DNA of 64,000 nt from the human T2T-CHM13v2.0 reference genome, Homo sapiens. The stretch lies in NCBI RefSeq assembly GCF_009914755.1, contig NC_060947.1, one strand, 5' to 3'. How positions within the stretch are numbered: the stretch's first letter is position 1; the number at the start of each line of letters is the position of its first letter. This document shows positions 13,121 through 28,515 of the stretch, in pieces. A model generated the notes under the pieces. It saw nothing but the letters and a program-made list of their open reading frames with translations, made no database searches and had not been told where the DNA came from. The translations under genes were made by a program, and so were the position numbers.

Positions 13121-13417
13121 TCTCTTTGAATTTCTCAGTTAAGCTTGTCTTTTGACTTGATAAGGGTAAACAGCAACATCATATTGAGGAAGTATACATT
13201 TATCCCATTTTTCTAAGTTTAAAAATATATTTAATAATGTATGTTTTGAATTATTTTCTTTAAGCATTTAAGCAACTGGAAAGTTGATATGTGATTTTCC
13301 TCTTTGTAATCTATTTGAAATAATAGAAATAATATTTCTGTATTTCTTAATACTGTATCTTTTCCACATCCTGGCAAGATCCTAATTTGTTCATTGTGAG
13401 TTATTCTCTCAGAAGAC

Positions 13418-13610
13418 AATGTAGTGCAATGGTTAAAGAGTTTGAACTCTGAAACTACTGCCTGGATTTGAGTGCTAGTTCTGTCAGTTAATGTCTACTT
13501 GATTAACCTTATCCCTTGGCTTCAGCTTGTTAATGTATTAAACGGAGATGATTATGGTACCTACTTTGCAGAACTGTTGTAATAATTAAATGTGTAAACA
13601 CATGTAAAGA
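13418..13610 (+). mobile_element. MIR
   Basis: gcaatggttaaagag...ctgcctggatttgagtgctagttctg...gtacctac...aattaaatg core. Confidence 0.75.
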
Positions 13611-14462
13611 TCTTTTTTTGTGGCTAGTATTTTCACCCTTTTAATGAGATTTATGTGATGACTAGAAGTTCTCGATTTTAGTGGAGTAACATTTAGAATA
13701 TTCTAATTTGTGTTTGGGGCTGTATCTTAAGAACAACATTTATATGACTAGGTCAAAAAGATGTTTTCTTACCTTTTGTAACGAAATATAGAAAATGCTT
13801 ATGGTGGCTTCGCGGTAGTTAAAAATGGAAATAAAACATATTTTGTATATAGGTCAGTGGTTGAATAGACTATTTATACATGATATGAAATATTGATGAC
13901 TTATAGAAGAGAATGTATCGGTGCTATATTTATTGATACATGGAGTGACAGGCTTTATTTAATTTAAAAATGCAGATTGTATGCACTCAGGAAATGTTAG
14001 CTGTTGTGCTGTAATTACTTATGTGTGGCTAGATCCTATTTGTACACACTTAGGAATTTTACTTGTTATTCATAAATATGGTCTTTTTTATGATTATGTT
14101 ATTTGGGGGGCTTGGTATAAAATTATGCTATATGCAGAAAAACATAATTTTCAAGCTTTATTGTTGTTATTTATGGCTGTGGAAAAATTTAAATAGTATT
14201 GAAGATGGCCGTGGAGCAATATAAACATGTTATGCTTTTTTGGGATTGCACAGTGAAAATTTGAGAAAGTTCCTTTATAGTTGTTGACATATTTAAATAT
14301 TCTACCCATTCTGAGGTCATTCTAGTGATTCATATTTTCATAGAATCGCCCCCCCCCCACTTTATTCAGGCTTTCCTCATTCTCACTTCTTATTTTTTGT
14401 GTTACATTTTTTTTCCGTTCCAGTCTTTTTTCCCCTATAGAATGAACTATTGATTTACATAT

Positions 14463-14987
14463 TGTGTTGATTAATTTTAGGTGTAAACTGAATTAAAGAA
14501 TACTTAGAGAACCGGTAAAACATTATTTTGGGTATGTCTGTGAGGTATGCTTGTGAGTCTGCGTAGATTAGGTGGGGTAGGTCTGCCCTCAGTGTGGGCT
14601 GGCATTATCCAATCTGCTGGAGGCCTGAATAGAATTTAAAAAGATAGAGAAAAGATTATTTCTTCTCTCTCTCATCTGGAGCTGGGACGCTTCTTCTCCT
14701 GGCCTTGGATAACAGAACTCCAGGATCCCTGACCTTTGAACACTAGATCTTACAGCAGCAGCCCCTAGCCCTTGGGTTCTCAATCCCCGGACTGAGAGTT
14801 ACACCACTGACTTCTCTGGCTCTGAGGCCTGTGGACTTGGACTGAGCCATGCAACTGGCATCCCTAGGTCTCCAGCTTGCAGATGGCTTATTGTGGGACC
14901 TCTCTGCCTCCATAATAGTGTGAGCCAATTACTCTAATACATCCCCTCTCATATATCTATATCTATATGGAGAACCCTGCTAATATA
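14463..14987 (+). mobile_element. MLT2B-like ERVL solo LTR
   Basis: ttaattttaggtgtaaact...tctccagcttgcagatggc...ggagaaccctgctaata. Confidence 0.85.
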
Positions 14988-15117
14988 ACTATCTCACCAC
15001 TTTTCTCAGATAAACCAATGATTGACATTATGTATGGGTTCTTCTATTTATATTTTCTATTTTTTGTTCCATATGATTACTGAAAATTAATTTGTCTTTA
15101 TTGTTTACTTATTTTCA

Positions 15118-18100
15118 TTAATTTTTATTTAATTTTTAATTTCAATAGCTTTAGAGGTACAGGTTATTCTTGGTTACGTGGAAAAATTGTATAGTGGAGA
15201 ATTCGTAGATTGTAGTGTCCCCATCACCTGAATAGTGTACACTGCGTATGTAGATTTTTATCCCGTACGTAGATTTTTATCCCAAACCTCCCTCCAGCCC
15301 TCCCCTCTCTGTGTCTCCAAAACCATTATTTCACTCTATATGCCTTTGCGTATTCATAGCTTAGGTATCACTTATAAGTGAGAACATACGGTGTTTGGTT
15401 TTCTATTTCTGGGTTATGTCACTTAGGATAATGGCCTCTAGCTTTATCTAGGCTGCTACAAAAGACATTATTTTGTTACTTTTTATGGCAAGAAATATTC
15501 CATGGTGTACATATACCACATTTTTTTATCCACTCATTGGTCAATGAGCTCTTAAGTTGCTTTTATATCTTTGCAATTGTGAATTTGGCTGCAGTAAACA
15601 TATGTGTACATGTACACATATAATGACTTTATATATATATATATATATAGATATATATACACTTTATAATGACTCTCTCTGTCTCTCTCTTTCTCTCTCT
15701 CTCTCTATATATAATGACTTCATTTATTTGGGGTACGTACTCAGCATTAAGATTGCTGGATAAAATTTTAGATGTACTTTTAGTTCTTTAAGGAAACTCC
15801 ATATTGTTTTCCATGAAAGTTGTACTAATTTAAATTACAATCAGAAGTGTATAAGTGTTACCCTTTCTCCCATCCACACCAACATGTATTTTTAAAAAAA
15901 TTTTAATAATGTCTATTCTTGCGGAAATAAGGTGGTATCTCATTGTGGTTTTGATTTTCATTTCCTTGATGATTAGTGAAGTTGGACATTTTTTCATACA
16001 TTTGGTGGCCATGCATATATCTCCTTTTGAGAAATGTCTACTCATGTCATTTTCCCACTTTTTGATGGGATTATTTGGATTTTTTTCTTGATGATTTGCT
16101 TGAGTTCCTTGTAGATTCTGGATATTAGTCGTTTGCCAGATGCATAATTTGCAAATATTTTCTCCCGTTTTGTGGGTTGTCTGTTTACTCGAATGATTAT
16201 TTCTTTTGTTGTCCAGAAGCTTTTTAATTTAATCATGTCCCATTTATTTATTTTTGTTTGTGTTGCATTTGCTTTTCGGGTTTTGTTCATGATTTCTTTG
16301 CTTAGGGTAATGTCCAGAAGAGTTTTTCCAAGGATATAATCTATTTATATCTTCAATTCACCTTGAATAGATTTAAATCTTCAATCCGTCTTGAATAGAT
16401 TTTTGTATAAGATGAGAGGTAGTGATCCAATTTCATTCTTCTACATATGGCTAGCTAGTTTTCTAGGCACCATTTATTAAATAGGGTGTCCTTTCCCCAA
16501 TTTATGTTTTTGTATGCTTTGTCAAAGATCAGTTGGGTTTAAGAATTTGGCTTTATTTTTGGGTTCTCTATTTTGTTCCAATGGTCTGTGTGCATACGTT
16601 TATACCAGTACCAGGCTATTTTGGTAACTAGTTTTGTAGTATAACTTGAAGTCAGGCAATGTGATGCCTCCAGATTTGTTCTTTTTGCTTAGGATTACTT
16701 TGACTATGTGGACTCTTTTTTTTTTTTTTTTTTGGTTCCGTACACATTTTAATTTTTTTTTCTAACTCTGTGAAAAATAATGCTGGTATTTTGATGGGAA
16801 TTGCATTGAATCTGTAGACTGCTTTGGGAAGTATGGTCATTTTCAAAATTGTAATTCTTCCAATCCATGAGCATGGGATGTGTTTCCATTTGTTTGTATC
16901 ATCTGTGATTTCTTTCAGCAATGTCCTGCAGTTCTCCTTATACAGAACTTTCACAATCCTGTTTAAGTATATTCCTAGGTATTTTTTTTACAGGTGTTAT
17001 AATAGGAATTGAGTTATCGATTTGATTCTTAGCTTGGCCATTGTTGGTGTATAGCAGTGCTACTAATTTATGTACATTGACATTGTAACCTGAGATTTCA
17101 CTGAATTCGTTGATCAAATCTAGAAGTCTTTTTTGGGGGGAGTCTTTAGGGTTTTCTAGGTATACAATCATATTATCAGTGACCAGTGGTAGTTTGACTT
17201 CCTCTTTTCCAATTTGGATGACCTTTATTTCTTTCTCTTGCTTGACTGCTTTTGCTAGGACTTCCAGTACTACGTTGCGTAGAAATGCTGTAAGTGGGCA
17301 TACTTGTTTTGTTCCAGTTCTTCAGGGAAATGCTTTTAACTTTTCTCCATTCGGTATTATGTTGGCTGTGGGTTTGTCATACATGGCTTTAATTAATTTG
17401 AGGTAAGTCTCTTTTATGCCTATTTTATTGATGGTTTTTATCAATAAAGAGATGTTGGGTTTTAGTGAATGCTTTTTCTGCATCTATTGAGATGATTGAT
17501 ATAGTTTGGATCTGTGTCCCCACCCAAATCTCATATTCAATTGTACTCCCTAATGTTGGAGGTGTGGCTTGGTGGGAGGTGATTGGATCATGGGGGTGGA
17601 TCCATCATGAAGGATTTAGAACCATTCTTTTGGTGCTGTTCTCTTTATAGAGTTCTGGTGAGATCTGGTTGTTTAAAAGTGTGTGCCACCTCCCCTCTCT
17701 CTCCCTTCCTCCTGCTCCAGCCATGAAAGACATGCTGGCTTTCTTTTTGCCTTCTGCCATGATTGAAAGTTTCCTGAGTTCTCCCCAGAAGCTGAGCAGA
17801 TGCCAGTATCACACCTCCTATATAGGCTGTGGAACTGAGAACCAATTAAAACTCCTTTTTTTTAAAATAAATTACCCAGTCTCAGGTATTTCTTTATCAC
17901 GGTGCAAGAATGGATTAATACAATGATCATACTGTTTTGTTTTTAGTTGTTTATGTGATGTATCACATTTATTGACTTCCCTATGTTAAACCATCCCTGC
18001 ACCTCTGAAATGAAACCCAGTTGACCATTGTGTATTATATCTTTTATGTGCTGTTGGATTTGGTTAGCTAATACTTTTTTGAGTATTTTTGCATCTGTGT

Positions 18101-18805
18101 TCATCAGGAATATTGATCTGTATTTCTTTGTTTTGTTATGTTCTTTCCTAGTTTTGGTATCAGGGTGATTCTGGCTTCATAGAATGACTTAGGGAGGATT
18201 CCCTCTTTCTCAATCTTTTGGAATAGTTTCAGTAGGATTGGTACCAATTCTTCTTTGAATGTCTTGAAGAATTCAGCTGTGAATCCTCTGGCTCTGGGTG
18301 GTTATTTTTTGACATATTTATTTTTATTACTGATTCAATGTCACTGCTTGTTTTTGGTGTCTTCAGGGTTTCTATTTCTTCCTGACTTAATCTAAGAGGG
18401 TTGTATGTTTCTAGGAATTTGTCCATTACCTCTAGGTTTTCCAGTTTGTGTGCTTAGAGGTGTTCATAGAAGTCTCAGATGATCTTTTGTATTTCTGTGG
18501 TGTAGGTTGTAATGTTTCCAGTTTCATTTCTAATTGAGGCAGAATGAGGAATGGCTTCTCTCAGTCCATGCAGGAGACTGGGAACAGACACAAGGCTCCT
18601 CCCACTGCCATTCCTACTTTTATAGTCCTCATTTCTCTCTAAATCAGTTCCAGTGCTGGGTAGGGTTAAGAGCTTCCACCGTGGCCTGGATTTCCAGTTT
18701 ACCTTGAGGGTGTGTCTATCCTAGAGGCAACTTCTCTCCCTTTCACACTCTGAGGACTTACAGTTTTTTGCCTGGCTCACAGTGCAGGCTGCAGCCTGCC
18801 GCCGT
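15118..18805 (-). mobile_element. L1PB: 3'UTR and ORF2 joined at ~18538 directly to an L1PB-type 5'UTR piece
   Basis: 3' end tttcaatagctttagaggtacagg. ORF2 peptides in the track ([40 protein letters not shown]). Confidence 0.88.
17497..17922 (+). mobile_element. MSTA/MSTB MaLR solo LTR inserted in L1PB ORF2
   Basis: tgatatagtttggatctgtgtcccc...ggattaataca. Perfect 5-bp TSD atgat. Confidence 0.93.
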
Positions 18806-18809
18806 TGAA

Positions 18810-21025
18810 GTCATTTGGAGACCTCAAGGCTATCTCCACTTTCATTCCCTAAGATTTTAAATCTTGGATTACTGTCACCTTTTCAAACACAACCCCTCCT
18901 GTCCTAATTATTTGTAATTTCAATATACACTTATGTCATCTTTTCAATACCCTGATCTCTCAGTCCTTTGGTCTCCTCCCCTTCCATGGTCATTTCCAAC
19001 CTCCTCTCTTAGCCAACCAACACCCCCATGGTCATACCCTAGAAGTTGCCATTAAATATGTCCAAATCCTTGAGCCCTTAAATGTCGTACATACTAGTCT
19101 CTTGACTACCCATCCTAATCTTTCAGTTCACTTTTTCTAGTTCTTCAACTCCAAAAACTCTTAGATCACATTGAAACCTCCAATTCTATAATTTAACCTG
19201 TTTAATTGCCCCTTACCTTCTTTATTCCCTTGCTTTCTTTCTCACCTAGCTTTAATACCACAGCTCATCATTATAACTCCTTTGCATGTACCCTCAATTG
19301 TTTTAACCCTTTCCCACTTAATTTTACTCTCCTGGCAAAATCCCAATTCTGATTAAAATGAATCCCTTCATACTTTTCACTTGCACCTATGCAGTTGAAC
19401 TTAGTTGGATGAAGCTTCCAGAATTATGTTCCCTATTCTCATTTGAAATTCAGGATCGCTAACCTTAAGACAGTCCTTAATTCTATCTGCTAAACATTGT
19501 ATTTTCCTAATGCATTTTTTTACTATACATTTAAATGTCTCATATTTTTTTTCTTCTACTACCACTCTTTCATTTACACTCTCAGCTGATAATTTTATTC
19601 TTTAATTCATTGGGATGGTAAAATCAACTAATAGAGAAATTCCACAGGCTTAATTCACCACATCTACCTCTCTGCCTGTATCATGCCTTATACATGTTGT
19701 GCCTGTCTTATTTCCATGGATGAAGCCTTTATTCTACCAGTCCACATGTGCACTGATTTTAGCCTCTTCTCACTTACTGATAGACGTATTCCTGCAATGA
19801 AGTTCTCAATAGAGCAGCCAGATGCTATTAAAACACAGGCCAAAAATGTTACGCCTGCAGGATTTTCCCATCTCACTCCAGGTGAAAGTTTTCACAATGG
19901 ACTACAGGACCCTTTACAATCAGGCCCTGTTTTCTCTCTGACCTCATTGTCAGTTACTGCCCTCTCTGTTCTTCTTCCTTTCCAGCCACACTGAACTCCT
20001 TTCTATTTTTGCGACATGTGAGGCTCACAGATTCTCTAGGTTTTGAATTGTTATTTCTTCTGTTTGAAGTACCCTCTGTTAGATCCGTTAGATCTTTACA
20101 TCTCTGCTCAGATGTAACCTTTTCTGTGTGGCCATCCCTGACACCTCTCTTTAAAATAGCAACCTCTTCTGACAATATTGAACTTTACAGGAGCTCTGAG
20201 ATCCTGGATAACAGTTAAAAATTACTTCCCATACTTTTATGTACCTGAAAACAACAGAGTACAAAGAACTACCCCTCACAAAGTGACGGAGATAAGACTC
20301 AATGGTTTCCCTCTTGTTTACCTAGACAGACTCAGTAAGTTTTCATTCCTTGCCTTATAAATGATTAGCTGGTCTGTTTTTACTCACTGACCAATCCAAA
20401 CACAACACCTGACTTGACCAAACTTTAGCTAAGTTTCTCTCCTTCCTACAGGCCCCTGAACTTGACCTCTCCACAGCCTGAGCTAGCTGACCACTCTTCT
20501 TCACTTCCCCTCCCAAAAGTAGGCTATCCACAAAAGAAAAACATTATCTGATCCATCACACCACCCAAAGCCTCACACCCAGCTTTTTCTAGCCTTGTTT
20601 ACTCATCATTATAAAAGAAAAGCCCTTTTTTACCTAATCTTTGAAATACTTGCAATTCCTACCTTGGGTGGGGGGGTGTGGGGGAAGCTCTTTTTTCCCT
20701 ATTGTAATAATCCACCTTTTCTTATTACAATCATCTTTTCCAATAAAGTCTCTCCTGGCCTAAATACAGATTTGTTTTTATTTGATGCTCCTTAGAAATT
20801 CATATCAGATTCCCTAACTTATTTTTCCTCCGTAGAACTTATCACCACCTGACATGCTATGCATTTTACTTAGTTGTTTATATTTTGTCTCTTCTCATTA
20901 GAATGTAAGCTATGTAATGAAAGGGATTTGTATCTGCTTTGGTTGCTGTTATATTATCAGCAACTAGAACTATGTCTTGCACAAAATAATTATTTAATAT
21001 ATATTTATTGAATAAAGAAATGAAC
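18810..21025 (+). mobile_element. L2 (L2a-like), interrupted by an LTR
   Basis: Pyrimidine-rich L2 body. 3' end tagaatgtaagct...tatttattgaataaagaaatgaa. Confidence 0.75.
20179..20787 (+). mobile_element. ERV1-class solo LTR (MER34/MER39-like)
   Basis: ccaat box, gacttgaccaaactttag, tataaaag, aataaagtctctc poly(A) signal, ends near tttgat. Subfamily uncertain. Confidence 0.55.
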
Positions 21026-21110
21026 AGAGAGCAAATCCATTCTATCATCAATATTTTATGATTACTTTATTAAGCTTTTTAAATAAAACACAAGATAATG
21101 TTGAAGTACT

Positions 21111-21435
<325 letters not shown>

Positions 21436-22051
21436 TGAAGACTTATTTACCTTTAAAGAGTTTCAGTTCCCCTCTTTCTATTCCTCTTCCACTCTTTCTC
21501 AGAAGAAATCAAAAACAATATGAATATTTTCAATTTGTTTTATAAATCTTTATAAACTACATGCAATCTTGAAAATTATATGATCTTATGGATGCTTATA
21601 AATATGTATATATATCATATTGTATCTTAATACCAGGTTTTTGAGTTCTTATCTGTCAATCTATATAGTATGAGAGTTGACAGAGTAAATCCTCTCTCTT
21701 TTTACTTATGTTCAGAAGTATTTTGCTTATTCTTTGCTTCTTACTCGTAGGTATGATTCTTAGAATAAGGTTTTCAAAGTCCATTGGTTTATATGGTCAA
21801 TTTTACTCATAGATTTTAAGTGTTTAAAGTGCTAGCTTTTGTTTTCTACCACATCATTTAGGATTTTTGCATCTATATTCATAAGTGATTTTGGACTTGA
21901 GTTATCTTTTCTTGTACTGTCCATATCTTATTGTTGTGTATAAGATATGCTTGCCTCTTGGAGTGTTAGGTAGCTTTTCTTCATTTTTTTTTCTTTTTTA
22001 TTAACCACTTTATTGAGATATAATTTCCATACCATAGAATTTACCATTTAA

Positions 22052-22399
<348 letters not shown>

Positions 22400-24249
22400 C
22401 TTTTTTTTTTTTTTTTTTTTTTTAATTAACCTTTAAGTTCTGGGATACTTGTGCAGAACATGCAGGTTTGTTACATAGGTGTACACGTGCCATGGTGGTT
22501 TGCTGCACCCATCAACCAGTCATCTACATTAGGAATTTCTCCTAATGGTATCCCTCCCCTAATCCCCCACCCCGCGACAGGCCCCAGTGTGTGATATTCC
22601 CCTCCCTGTGTCCATGTGTTCTCATTGTTCAGCTCCCACTTATGAGTGAGAACATGCGGTGTTTGGATTTCTCTTCCTGTGTTAGTTTGCTGAGAATGAT
22701 GGTTTCCAGCCTTATCCATGTCCCTGCAAAGGACATGAACTCATCCATTTTTATGGCTGCGTAGTATTCCATAGTGTTTATGTACTACATTTTCTTTATC
22801 CAGTCTATCATTGACAGGCATTTGGGTTGGTTCTAAGTCTTTGCTATTGTAAATATTGCTGCAATAAACATACATGTGCATGTGTCTTTATAGTAGAATG
22901 GTTTATAATCCTTTGGGTATAAACCCAGTAATGGGATTGCTGGGTCAAATGCTATTTATGGTTCTAGATCCCGGAGGAATCGCCACACTATCTTCCACAA
23001 GGGTTGAACTAATTTACACTCGCACCAACAGTGTAATAGCATTCCTATTTCTCCACATCCTCTTCAGCATCTGTTGTTTCCCGACTTTTTAATGATCGCC
23101 ATTCTAACTGGCATGACATGGTATCTCACTGTGTTTTTGATTTGCATTTTGCTAATGACCAGTGATGATGAGCTTTTTTCCATATGTTTGTTGGCCGCAT
23201 AAATGTCTTCTTTTGAGAAGTGTCTGTTCATATCCTTCGCCCACTTTTTGATGGTTTTTTTTTTTTTTTTTTTTGGTAACTTTGTTTAAGTTCCTTGTAG
23301 ATTCTGGATATTAGCCCTTTGTCAGATGGATAGACTGCAAAAATTTTCTCCCATTCTGTAGATTGCCTGTTTACTCTGATGATAGTTTCTTTTGCTGTGC
23401 AGAAGCTCTTTAGTTTAATTAGATCCCATTTGTCAGTTTTGGCTTTGGTTGCCATTGCTTTTTAGGTTTTAGTCATAAAGTGTTTGCCCCTGCCTATGTC
23501 CTGAGTGATATTGTCTAGGTTTTCTTCCAGGGTTTTTATGGTTTTACGTCTTACGTTTAAGTCTTTAATCCATCTTGAGTTAATTTTTATATAAGGTGTA
23601 AGGAAGGGGTCCAGTTTCAGTTTTCTGCATATGGCTAGCCTGTTTTCCCAACACCATTTATTAAATAGGGAATCCTTTCCCCATTGCTTGTTTTTGTCCG
23701 GTTTGTCAAAAATCAGATGGTTGTAAATGTGTGGCATTATTTCTGAGGGCTCTGTTCTTTTCCATTGGTTTATATATCTGTTTTGGTACCAGTACCATGC
23801 TGTTTTGGTTACTGAAGCCTTGTAGTATAGTTTGAAGTCAGGTAGCTTGATGCCTCCAGCTTCGTTCTTTTTGCTTAGGATTTTCTTGGCTATACGGGGT
23901 CTTTTTTGGTTCCATATGAAATTTAAAGTAGATTTTTCTAATTCTCTGAAGAAAGTCAATGGTAGTTTGATGGGGATAGCATTGAATCTGTAAATTACTT
24001 TGGGTAGTATGGCCATTTTCACAATATTGATTCTTCCTATCCATGAACATGGAATGTTTTTCAATTTGTTTGTGTTCTCTCTTATTTTCTTAAGCAGTGG
24101 CTTGTAGGTTTCCTTGAAGAGGTCCTACACATCCCTTGTAAGTTGTATTCTTAGGTATTTTATTCTCTTTGTAGATATTGTGAATGGGAAGTCAGTCATT
24201 TTTTGGCTCTCTATCTATTATTGGTATATAGGAATACTTGTAATTTTTA

Positions 24250-24627
<378 letters not shown>

Positions 24628-24807
24628 TTAAATTTTATCGATGTTTTTTTCCGCATCTATTGAGATAATCATATAGTTTTTGTCACTGGTTCTGGTTATA
24701 CGATAGATTACATTTATTGATTTGCGTATCTTGAACCAGCCTTGCATCTCAGGGATGAAGCTGACTTGATTGTGGTGGATAAGCTTTTTGATGTGCTGCT
24801 GGATTCA

Positions 24808-25002
<195 letters not shown>

Positions 25003-25343
25003 TTACCTCTGGTAAAATTCGACTGTGAATCTGTCTGTTCCTGGGCTTTATTTATTTATTTATTTGTTTTTGCTTGGTAGACTATTAATTACTGCCTCAA
25101 TTTCAGAGCTTGTTATTGGTCTATTCAGGGATTTGACCTCTTTCTGGTTTAGTCTTGGGAGGGTGTATCTATCCACAAATTTATCCATCTCTTCTAGATT
25201 TTCTAGTTTATTTGCATGGAGGTGTTTATAGTCTTATCTGATGGTAGTTTGTATTTCTGTGGGAACAGTGGTTATCTCCCCTTTATCATTTTTTAGTGTG
25301 TCTATTTGATTCTTCTCTCTTTTCTCCTTTATTTGTCTGGCTA

Positions 25344-25523
<180 letters not shown>

Positions 25524-26439
25524 TCAGTTTTAGATCTTTCCCACTTTCTCCTGTGGGCATTTAGTTCTTGAAATTTCCCTCTGAACACTGTTTTAGCTGT
25601 GTCCCAGAGATTCTGGTACATTGTGTCTTTGTTCTCATTGGTTTCAAAGAACTTATTTATTTCTGCCTTAATTTTGTTATTTACCCAGTAGTCATTCAGG
25701 AGCAGGTTGTTCAGTTTCCATGTAGTTGTGTGGTTTTGAGTGAGTTTCTTAGTCCTGAGTTCTAATTTGATTGCACTGTGGTCTGAGTTTTATTTATTTT
25801 TTGTTATTTGTTTGTTATTATTTCTGTTCTTTTGCATTTGGTGATCAGTGTTTTACTTCCAATTATGTGGTCAATTTTAGAATAAGTGCTACGTGGTTCT
25901 GAGAAGAATGTATATTCTGTTGATTTCGGGTGGAGAGTTCTGCAGATGTCTATTAGGTCCACTTGGTCCAGAGCTGAGTTCAAGTCCTGAATATCCTTAA
26001 TTTTCTGTCTCATTGATCTGTCTAATATTGACAGTGGGGTGTTGAATCTCCGACAATTATTGTGTGGGAGACTAAGTCTCTTTGTAGGTCTCTAAGAACT
26101 TGCTTTATGAATCTAGGTGCTCCTGTATTGGGTGCATATATATTTAAGATAGTTAGCTCTTTTTGTTGCATTGATCCTTTTACCATTATGTAATGCCCTT
26201 CTTTGTCTTTTTTGATCTTTCATGGTTTAAAGTCTGTTTTATCACAGACTAGGATTGCAACCCCTGCTTTGTTTTTTCTTTCCATTTGCTTGGTAAATAT
26301 TCCTCCATCCCTTTATTTTGAGCCTATGTGTGTCTTTGCACATGAGATGGGGCTCATGAACGCAGCACTGCGATTGGTCTTGACTCTTTATCCAATTTGC
26401 CAGTCTGTATCTTTTAATTGGGGCATTTAGCCTGTTTAC

Positions 26440-27028
26440 TGGTTACTGGAAACCAGCCCCACACCACCCAACAGGTACCCCGCATCTGGCAGAGACAAAG
26501 GAGTTAGAAAGAGACAGAATAAGCATTTAAAAGGTGAGTCCAGGGGACTGGAGCATCTGAGGCTTGCTCATGGCCCAGAGCTCTCGTGCTCTGCCCAATT
26601 TATTGGTTTATAAGTTCTTTGTTCTTAGGGCAGATGGGAGGGGGAAGAAGGGATGCGGAAAAGGATTAATCAGTGAGGGAGAACTCCTGAGTCATTCGAT
26701 AAGATGTATAGCAGTGGCGGTTCCTGTGAATTTCCTTGAGCAAAGGCGGGTGTCTAAACTACTTAAGATCTTTAACTTATTGGGAGTGAAACAGGTCGGA
26801 GCGGGTTTCAGGAGGAGCCAAGATGTTTGGTTATACTCCACTGCTTCAAGGGAGTGTTATCTCCCTGAGCAACCTGTGGAATGCCGCTGGGCGCTTATGC
26901 TCTTGGGGCATAAAGACATGAAAGCAATAAGGAGACTTTTCTCCTCAGAGGCCGCCCATGGCTTCCCATGGGTGTCTCACACAGGGGAGACCAACTCAAC
27001 TGGCACCCCAGAAACTCTCTTTCCCACA
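26440..27028 (-). mobile_element. LTR14B-like (HERV-K14/HML-1) solo LTR
   Basis: Minus strand TGTGGGAAAGAGAGTTTCTGGGGTGCCAG...GGTTTCCAGTAACCA. 5-bp TSD tttac (26435-26439 and 27029-27033). Confidence 0.85.
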
Positions 27029-28218
27029 TTTACTTTTAAGGTTAATATTTTTATGTGTGAATTTGGTCCTGTCATCATGATGCTAGCTGGTTATTTTGCC
27101 CGTTAGTTGATGCAGTTTCTTCGTAGTTTCTATGGTCTTTACAATTTTCCATGTTTTTGCAGTGGCTGGTACTGGCTGTTCCTTTCCATATTTAGTGCTT
27201 CCTTCAGTAGCTCTTGTAGGGCAGGCCTGGTGGTGACAAAATCTCTCAGCAGTTGCTTGTCTGTAAAGGATTTTATTTCTTCTTCGCTTATGAAACTTAG
27301 TTTGGCTGGACATGAAATTCTGGGTTGAAAATTCTTTTCTTTAAGAATGTTGAATATTGACTCCCACTCTCTTCTGGCTTGTAGGGTTTCAGCAGGGAGA
27401 TCCGCTGTTAGTCTGATGGGCTTTCCTTTGTTGGTAACCCAGCCTTCCTCTCTGGCTGCTCTTAACATCTTTTTTTTTCATTTCAACCTTGGTGAATCTG
27501 ACAATTATGTGTCTTGGGGTTGCTCTTCTCAAGGAGTATCTTTGTGGTGTTCTCTGTATTTCCTGAATTTGAATGTTGGCCTGTCTTGCTAGGTTGGGGA
27601 AATTCTCCTGGATAATATCCTGAAGAGTGTTTTCCAACTTGCTTCCATTCTCCCTGTCACTTTTAGGTACACCAATCAAACGTGGGTTTGGTCTTTTCAC
27701 ATATTCCCTTACTTCCTATTGGAGGATTTGTTAGTTTCTTTTCATTCTTTCTTCTCTAATCTTGTCGTCACGCTTGATTTCATTAAGTTGATCTTCAGTC
27801 TCTGATATCCTTTCTTCCACTTGATCAATTTGGCTATTGATACTTGTGTATGCTTCACGAAGTTCTCATGCTGTGTTTTTCAGCTCCATCAGGTAATTTA
27901 TATTCTTCTGTAAACGGGTTATTCTAGTTAGCAATTCTGCTAACCTTTTTCCAGCGTTCTTAGCTTTCTTGCATTCGGTGAGAACATGCTCCTTTAGCTT
28001 GGAGGAGTTTGTTATTACCCACCTTCTGAAGCCTACTTCTGTCAATTCATCAAACTATTCTCCGTCCAGTTTTGTACCCTTGCTGGTGAGGAGTTGTGAT
28101 GCTTTGGAAGAGAAGAGGCCTTATAGTTTTTGGAATTTTCAGCCTTTTTGCACTGGTTTTTCCTCATCTTCGTGGATTTATCTACCTTTTTCTTTGATGT
28201 TGGTGACCTTCAGGTGGG

Positions 28219-28515
28219 TTTTTTTTTTATTATTATTATACTTTAAGTTCTAGGGTACATGTGAACAACGTGCAGGTTTGTTACATATGTATACATGTGC
28301 CGTGTTGGTGTGCTGCACCCATTAACTCGTCATTTACATTAGGTGTATCTCCTAATGCTATCCCTCCCCTCTCCCCTCACCCCACGACAGGCCCCAGTGT
28401 GTGATGTTCCCCTTCCTGTGTCCCTGTGTTCTCATTGTTCAATTCCCACCTATGAGTGAGAACATGCGGTGTTTGTTTTTTTGTCCTTGCGATAGTTTGC
28501 TGAGAATGATGGTTC
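28219..28515 (-). mobile_element. Short 5'-truncated L1PA4/5-like 3' end nested in the L1PA7
   Basis: ttattatactttaagttctagggtac... TSD tcaggtggg(g)ttttt at 28210 and 28516. Confidence 0.9.

Noticed and set aside
26564-27106. 180-aa ORF
   Set aside because: Antisense frame running through LTR14B into L1; chance open frame.
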